Source: an uncultured Candidatus Rokubacteria bacterium
GTDB lineage: Bacteria; Methylomirabilota; Methylomirabilia; Rokubacteriales; DASRDR01
DNA: 64,000 bases
Assembly (NCBI GenBank): GCA_963826115.1
Contig: CAWGVS010000003.1
Span: forward strand, 32,001-96,000
Reading direction: 5' to 3'
Shown here piece after piece: positions 58,556 to 64,000 of the stretch. A program made the position numbers and the translations under genes. A model generated the notes under the pieces. It was given only the letters and a program-made list of their open reading frames with translations, ran no database searches and was not told the DNA's origin. The first letter of the stretch is position 1, and the number at the start of each line of letters is the position of its first letter.

Positions 58556-59275
58556 TCAGGCCGACTGCCCGACGGTCGGCCGGGGGCCGCGTGCGCGGAC
58601 GAGGGCGCGCACCCGCTCGGCGTCGACCCGGCCCCCGACACGGTCGCCGATGCAGGCGGCGCCGCGCACGCCCACGAGGTCGGGGCCGATCGGCGCGAGC
58701 CGCGCGAGGTCCTCGACCCGAAGGGAGCCGGCGAGCGCCGAGAAGAGGCCGCGCGCGCGGCAGTCCTCGACGAAGGCCGCGAGCTCGTCCTCGCCGAGCC
58801 AGTGGAAGAGCCCGCGGCCGTCCTTCACGGCGGTGTCGACCAGGCAGCCGTGGGCGCCCGCGGCGGCGGCGAGGGCCGGCAGGTCGCGGGGCCGGGGCGC
58901 TCCCGCGCGCGCGAAGTCGGCGAAGCCCGCCACCACGAGGTAGGCCTCGGGAGGCAGGCTCGCGCGCGCCGCGCGAAGAGCGGCCGCGGCCGCCGCCGGC
59001 GACGTCTCGCGGAGCCCGAGCTTCACGTAGATCGCGCCGCTCCGCGCCGCCGCCCCGGCCAGGGCCGCCGCCACCGCCGGCGTGAACGGCCCATCGCCGA
59101 GCGCGGCGCTCACCGGCAGGCTCGCGGGCGTGGCGTCCCGCACCGCGCGGACCGTGGCCGGCGCGGCCTCGCCGAGGGCTCCGAGCGCGGGATCCTTGAC
59201 GTCGATGATGTCGGCGCCGGCGTCCGCCGCGATCCGGGCTTCCGCGGCGTCCACGACGCTCACCAGGAGGCGCAT
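58556..59275 (-). CDS. mfnB: (5-formylfuran-3-yl)methyl phosphate synthase (Orf22/DUF556)
   Basis: MRLLVSV...EA, GADIIDVKDP..GALG, PVSAALGD, DTAVKDG, LAGSL, GVRGAAC. Confidence 0.92.
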   Translation of the reverse strand: MRLLVSVVDAAEARIAADAGADIIDVKDPALGALGEAAPATVRAVRDATPASLPVSAALGDGPFTPAVAAALAGAAARSGAIYVKLGLRETSPAAAAAALRAARASLPPEAYLVVAGFADFARAGAPRPRDLPALAAAAGAHGCLVDTAVKDGRGLFHWLGEDELAAFVEDCRARGLFSALAGSLRVEDLARLAPIGPDLVGVRGAACIGDRVGGRVDAERVRALVRARGPRPTVGQSA

Positions 59276-59342
59276 CGGCCGGCATTATAGTAGTCGGGTA
59301 TCGGCGCGGCAACGGACCCACCCCCAGGAGGGCGCGAAACCG

Positions 59343-60101
59343 GTGAGGCGTCTCGACGGTCAGGTGGCGGTGGTCACCGGGGCGAGCCGGGGCATCGGCC
59401 GCGCGATCGCGCTCGCGCTCGCGCGGGAAGGCGCGCGCGTCGTCGTCAACTACTCCCGGTCGCGTGAGCTCGCCGAGGCCGTGGTCGCCGAGATGGTTGC
59501 CGCCGGGGGCGAGGCCCTCGCCATCCGCGCGGACGTTTCGCGGTCGGACGACGTCGCCAATCTCCTGGGCTCGACGCTCGGCACGTGGGACCGGATCGAC
59601 ACGTGGGTCAACAACGCGGGCGCCGACATCCTGACGGGCGACGCGCGGACCTGGCCCCCCGAGCGCCGCTGGGACGCGGTGATGACCGTCGACCTCAAGG
59701 GCACCTGGCTGTGCTCGCGGGCGGCGGCGGACGCGATGCGCCGGGCCGGCGGCGGCGTCATCGTGAACCTCTCCTGGGACCACGTCACCCACGGGATGGG
59801 CAACCAGACGGCGGCCATCTACGCCGCCGCGAAGGGCGGCGTGGCGGCCATGAGCCGTTCCCTCGCGCGGGAGTACGCGCCCCTCGTGCGGGTCAACGTG
59901 GTCGCGCCCGGCTGGGTCCGGACCGAGTGGCTCGACGGCGCCGGCGCCGAGGTCCAGCAACACGTGAGGGACGCGACCCCGCTCGGCCGTCCCGGCACGC
60001 CCGACGACGTCGCCGGCGCGGTCGCGTTCCTCGCCTCCGCCGACGCGGCCTTCATCACCGGACAGACCCTGCTGGTGAACGGAGGCGTCGTGGCCAGCTG
60101 A
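59343..60101 (+). CDS. Short-chain dehydrogenase/reductase
   Basis: TGASRGIG, NNAG, YAAAK, VNVVAPG, ITGQ. SD AGGAGG. Confidence 0.92.
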   Translation: MRRLDGQVAVVTGASRGIGRAIALALAREGARVVVNYSRSRELAEAVVAEMVAAGGEALAIRADVSRSDDVANLLGSTLGTWDRIDTWVNNAGADILTGDARTWPPERRWDAVMTVDLKGTWLCSRAAADAMRRAGGGVIVNLSWDHVTHGMGNQTAAIYAAAKGGVAAMSRSLAREYAPLVRVNVVAPGWVRTEWLDGAGAEVQQHVRDATPLGRPGTPDDVAGAVAFLASADAAFITGQTLLVNGGVVAS

Positions 60102-60189
60102 TGCGCCACACGGCGCGGGCCGCGTGGACGCTCCGGCGCCCCGCGGTCCGGCGACCATTTGCGAAGCGCGAGATCCGCAGGAGGGCATC

Positions 60190-60570
60190 ATGGCTGAAGA
60201 GAAGAAGCTCCCGGTCCTTCCGGACGACGAGATCGAGCGGCGGCTCGCCCAGGAGCTGCCGGGCTGGTGGTACGAGGGCCGCTGGATCCGCCGGAAGTAC
60301 AACACGGACGGCTGGCTCACGACGCTCGCGATGGTCAACACGATCGGCTACGTCGCCGAGGCCGCCTGGCACCATCCGGACCTCGAGGTGACGTGGGGCA
60401 AGGTGTGGGTGAAGCTGCGCACCCACTCGAGCAACGGTGTCACGGAGCGGGACTTCGCGCTGGCCAAGCGCCTCGAGGACGCGGTCCTGTGGCGCCCGGG
60501 CTCGGGCTCCCACATGGAGGGCACGCCCAACAAGTGGGTGAAGGGCGGGAGCCCCGATAAGCCCGCCTGA
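60190..60570 (+). CDS. Pterin-4a-carbinolamine dehydratase family (PcbD of C1 clusters)
   Basis: IRRKY, EAAWHHPDL, THS..GVTERDF.LA. Confidence 0.88.
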   Translation: MAEEKKLPVLPDDEIERRLAQELPGWWYEGRWIRRKYNTDGWLTTLAMVNTIGYVAEAAWHHPDLEVTWGKVWVKLRTHSSNGVTERDFALAKRLEDAVLWRPGSGSHMEGTPNKWVKGGSPDKPA

Positions 60571-60592
60571 GCGGAGGGCCACCGACCCGCCC

Positions 60593-61975
60593 GTGCCCAA
60601 GACGCTCTTCGTCACCGGCAAGCTCGCCGAGCCGGCGCTCCGGGCGACGCTCGCCCGGATGGCGCCGGACTTCCCCTACGAGGTGGTGGTCCTGCGGATC
60701 ACCGTCGCCGCGCTCATGACGACCTCCTGGATCGCGAAGCACCTCACGGACGTCTCCGGCTCGGAGCGCATCGTCATCCCGGGTCTCTGCGAGGGCGACG
60801 TGCGGGCGATCGAGGACCGGTGGGGCGTGAGGGCCGAGAAGGGGCCCACCGACCTCCGGGACCTGCCGGAGCACTTCGGTCAGGCGGCGCTCCGGGAAGA
60901 ATACGGCGCCCACGACATCCGGATCTTCGCGGAGATCAACAACGTCCCGTACCTCCCCCGCGAGGAGGTGGTGCGGGCAGCGGAGTACTACCGGGCGAGC
61001 GGCGCCGACGTCGTCGACCTCGGCTGCTCCCTCGACCGGAAGTTCGACGACGTCGCCGAGGTCGTGGGCCTCCTGAAGGCCCGCGGGTTCACCCTCAGCA
61101 TCGACACCCTCGACCCCGGGGAGATCGCCGCCGCCGACCGGGCCGGCGTCGACTACGTGCTGAGCCTGAACGGCCGGAACCTCGACCTGGCCGACACGCT
61201 CCGGGCCACGCCGGTCCTCATCCCGGACTCGCCCGCCGAGCTCGACACCCTGGACCGGAGCATCGCCCGTCTCGAGGCGCTCGGGCATCCCTACATCGTG
61301 GATCCGGTGATCGAGCCGATCGGGTTCGGCTTCGCGGCGGCGCTCGACCGCTACGTGCAGGTCCGGGCGCGCCACCCCGCGGTCGAGATCCTGATGGGCA
61401 TCGGCAACATCACGGAGCTGACCGACGCCGACACCACCGGGATGAACGCGCTCCTGATCGGCTTCTGCCAGGAGCTCGGCGTCCGTCACGTGCTCACGAC
61501 CGAGGTCATCCCGTGGGCGCGCGGCTCGGTGCGGGAGATCGACGTGGCCCGCCGTCTGATGTACGCGGCCCGCCAGCGCGGCGTCCTCCCGAAGCACGTC
61601 GACGACCGGCTGCTCACGGTCAAGGACGCGCGACCGAAGTACTACGCGGAGGCGGAGCTCCGGGAGCTCCACCGCGCGATCACCGATCCGAACTTCCGCA
61701 TCGCGACGACGCGCGATGCGATCTGCGTGTTCAACAACCGCCTGTTCGTGACCGGCACGGACATCCAGGCGATCTTCGAGCAGCTCGACGTCCAGGACCC
61801 CGCCCACGCGTTCTACCTCGGCAAGGAGCTGATGAAGGCCCGCCTCGCGCTCCTCCTCGGCAAGACCTACGTGCAGGAGCAGCCGCTCCGCTGGGGCTAC
61901 CTGACGCCCCCGCGCGAGGACACGGCCCACCGCCGCGTGCGGATCGAGGGACGCCGGAAGCCGCGGGACCAGTAG
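60593..61975 (+). CDS. Dihydropteroate synthase-like protein (Orf20-type)
   Basis: LFVTGKLAE, VAALMT, GADVVDLG, DPVIEPIGFG, GIGNITELTDAD, HAFYLGKEL. Confidence 0.88.
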   Translation: MPKTLFVTGKLAEPALRATLARMAPDFPYEVVVLRITVAALMTTSWIAKHLTDVSGSERIVIPGLCEGDVRAIEDRWGVRAEKGPTDLRDLPEHFGQAALREEYGAHDIRIFAEINNVPYLPREEVVRAAEYYRASGADVVDLGCSLDRKFDDVAEVVGLLKARGFTLSIDTLDPGEIAAADRAGVDYVLSLNGRNLDLADTLRATPVLIPDSPAELDTLDRSIARLEALGHPYIVDPVIEPIGFGFAAALDRYVQVRARHPAVEILMGIGNITELTDADTTGMNALLIGFCQELGVRHVLTTEVIPWARGSVREIDVARRLMYAARQRGVLPKHVDDRLLTVKDARPKYYAEAELRELHRAITDPNFRIATTRDAICVFNNRLFVTGTDIQAIFEQLDVQDPAHAFYLGKELMKARLALLLGKTYVQEQPLRWGYLTPPREDTAHRRVRIEGRRKPRDQ

Positions 61976-62048
61976 GGCTCCCTCCCCGGCCGGATCGGCA
62001 GGGAATGCCGGTCCGGGGCACGCCGTCCAACGTGGCAGGAGGGACGTC

Positions 62049-62300
62049 ATGGAGCGCACAGGTTCGTCGATCCCGAAGACCTCGGTCCGTCCCCCGCGCA
62101 GGGCGCTCGGCCTCGGCCTCGGCGCCGGGCTGCTGGCCCTCGCGGGCACCCTCGCGCTCGGCGGCTGCTACGTCGTGCCGGCCCACACGGCCTATGTCGC
62201 GCCGGCGCCCGTCTACGTGACGCCCGCCCCCGTGTACGTGGTGCCCGCGCCCAGGTACTACTACGGCGGGTACGGGTGGCGGGGCTACCGACGCTGGTGA
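62049..62300 (+). CDS. Small Pro/Tyr-rich lipoprotein
   Basis: SD GGAGG, lipobox LGGC, APAPVYV repeats. Confidence 0.7.
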   Translation: MERTGSSIPKTSVRPPRRALGLGLGAGLLALAGTLALGGCYVVPAHTAYVAPAPVYVTPAPVYVVPAPRYYYGGYGWRGYRRW

Positions 62301-62405
62301 GGAGCGTCCGACCGCGCCGATCGGTCCGCTGATCGCCGCCGCGCCTCCCGCGGCGCGTGGGGTAGGATTGTGGGACGCCGCAAGTCACCCCACCGGGAGG
62401 TGCGC

Positions 62406-63260
62406 GTGAAGAAGTTGCTCCTGCAGCTCGATCCCGACAAGCATCCCAGCGCGTTCGACCGCATCGTCGCCCACGACGCGGGCGCGGATGAGGTCCTGAG
62501 CTACGGCGGCGTGGCGCCGGCCGACGTCACGCCGCTCGTGCACGGCGCGATCTTCACGCGCGGACCCGGCGAGCTCCGCAACACCGCGATATGGGTCGGC
62601 GGCACGGACGTCGGCCAGGCCGAGGCGCTGTTCGCCGCGGTCCAGAAGGCGTTCTTCGGCCCGTTCCGGGTCAGCGTGATGATGGACGCCAACGGGTGCA
62701 ACACGACCGCCGCCGCCGCGGTGGCGCGGCTCGCCGGCGTGGTCACGCTCTCCGGCGCCCGGGCCGTCGTCCTGGGCGGAACCGGGCCGGTCGGGCTCCG
62801 GGCGGCGACGCTCCTGGCGCGCGAGGGCGCCGGCGTGACCCTCTGCTCGCGGTCCCACGAGCGGGCACGCGCCGCGTGCGAGCAGCTGAAGGCGCGCTTC
62901 GCGGTGGACGTGAGCCCGTGCGAGGCGTGGGACGAGGAGGGGGTGGCGCGCGCGCTCGAGGGCGCCGACGTCTGCCTGACCGCCGGCGCCGCCGGCATTC
63001 AATTCCTCCCGCGCTCCCTGTGGGCTCCGCACCCCGCGCTGAAGGCGCTCGCCGATGTGAACGCGGTCCCCCCGCTGGGCATCGGCGGCATCGAGGCGAC
63101 CGACAAGGGGGCCGAGCGAGACGGCAAGCGCGTGTTCGGCGCGCTCGGCATCGGCGGCCTCAAGATGAAGGTCCACCGCGCGTGCGTGGCGAAGCTCTTC
63201 GAGCGAAACGACACCGAGCTGGACCTCGAGGCCATCTACGCTGCCGCGCGCGCCAGCTGA
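62406..63260 (+). CDS. mtd: NAD(P)-dependent methylene-H4MPT dehydrogenase (MtdC/MtdA-like)
   Basis: KKLLLQLD..HPSAFD, HGAIFTRG, FFGPFRVSVM.DANGCNTTAAA, GGTGPVG, DVNAVPP, IGGLKMK. Confidence 0.92.
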   Translation: MKKLLLQLDPDKHPSAFDRIVAHDAGADEVLSYGGVAPADVTPLVHGAIFTRGPGELRNTAIWVGGTDVGQAEALFAAVQKAFFGPFRVSVMMDANGCNTTAAAAVARLAGVVTLSGARAVVLGGTGPVGLRAATLLAREGAGVTLCSRSHERARAACEQLKARFAVDVSPCEAWDEEGVARALEGADVCLTAGAAGIQFLPRSLWAPHPALKALADVNAVPPLGIGGIEATDKGAERDGKRVFGALGIGGLKMKVHRACVAKLFERNDTELDLEAIYAAARAS

Positions 63261-63296
63261 GGCACCCGCGGCGCGCTCGGGCCCCGCTCCCGACTG

Positions 63297-64000
63297 ATGC
63301 CGCGCGTCGTCGGCGTCGATCCCGGCACGCAGAGCGTGGACCTCTGCGGACTCGCGGACGGCCAGGTGTTCCTCGAAGCGTCGGTCCCGGCCGATGAGGG
63401 GGGCCGCGCCCCGGCGGCGCTGGTGGACCGGCTGGCCGCGGCGCTTCCCCTCGACCTGATCGTCGCGCCCTCCGGCTACGGGCTGCCGCTCGTCCCCGTC
63501 GCCCAGCTCGACCCGTCGCGCCTCGACCTCGCGCTCCTCGTGCGACCCGAGGACCGCGCGCAGCCGGAGCGTGTCGGCGGCCTCCGCGCCATGCTCGAGG
63601 GGATGCAGGCGCGCGGGCTGCCGGCGGTTCTCCTGCCCGGCGTGGTGCACCTCGACACCGTGCCGGCGCACCGCAAGGTGAACCGCGTCGACATGGGCAC
63701 CGCGGACAAGCTGTGCGTGGCCGCCCTCGGCATCTGGGACCAGAGCCGCCGCCTCGCGTGTTCGCCCGCCGAGACCGGATTCGTGCTGCTCGAGCTCGGT
63801 GGCTTCTTCACCGCCGCGCTCGCCGTCGAGGCGGGGTGCGTCGTCGACGGGATCGGCGGGAGCGCGGGAGGCCTCGGGTACCGCGCCCTCGGGACGCTCG
63901 ACGGCGAGGTCGCCTACGTCCTCGGACGGGTGCGGAAGTCGGCGCTCTTCACCGGCGGGGCCGCGTTCGTCGCCGGCGCGCCGGACCTCTCCCCCGAGGA
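63297..64000 (+). CDS. DUF1464 family protein (ASKHA-like), truncated by the window end
   Basis: Own translation: MPRVVGVDPGT, APSGYGLP, PGVVHL.TVP.HRKVNRVDMGTADK, DGIGGS. Confidence 0.85.
   Translation, partial: MPRVVGVDPGTQSVDLCGLADGQVFLEASVPADEGGRAPAALVDRLAAALPLDLIVAPSGYGLPLVPVAQLDPSRLDLALLVRPEDRAQPERVGGLRAMLEGMQARGLPAVLLPGVVHLDTVPAHRKVNRVDMGTADKLCVAALGIWDQSRRLACSPAETGFVLLELGGFFTAALAVEAGCVVDGIGGSAGGLGYRALGTLDGEVAYVLGRVRKSALFTGGAAFVAGAPDLSPE

Noticed and set aside
62190-62255. Short tandem DNA repeats as a CRISPR or VNTR
   Set aside because: They encode APAPVYV peptide repeats within a small lipoprotein. No spacer structure and no cas genes.
48223-64000. Methanogenesis or archaeal origin of the contig
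   Set aside because: No mcr, mtr or mer genes. LexA, OprD, RND, sigma70 promoters and an NAD(P)-type Mtd indicate a diderm bacterium.

Overview
A very GC-rich bacterial chromosomal window. Gene content and style suggest Ca. Rokubacteria/Methylomirabilota, but this is an inference. From left to right it contains: (1) a visibly lower-GC ~2 kb segment downstream of tRNA-Gly(CCC); (2) an ABC exporter, two GT2 glycosyltransferases, a tRNA nucleotidyltransferase and a TctC-like gene; (3) a lexA region with a RAD55/KaiC-like ATPase, an AlkZ-like protein, a TatB fused to an Ada-like Zn module, CtaG and TlpA; (4) assorted oxidoreductases; (5) a CUAEP-tail radical SAM selenoprotein (in-frame UGA plus SECIS-like hairpin) with NfuA-like, ATP-grasp and 2-hydroxyacid dehydrogenase genes; (6) an RND efflux pair; (7) a porin, a two-component system and a cNMP-DASS transporter; (8) from 48.2 kb to the window end, a ~16 kb tetrahydromethanopterin/methanofuran C1-transfer and cofactor-biosynthesis cluster. 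That cluster includes fae, fhcD/ftr, mptG, mch, mtd and mfnB/E/F-like genes, an unusual PTPS-I/III plus FolK-MptA fusion module, and archaeal-type DUF447 and DUF1464 genes. No CRISPR array, rRNA or transposase was recognised. All calls come from motif recognition by eye; no database search was run.
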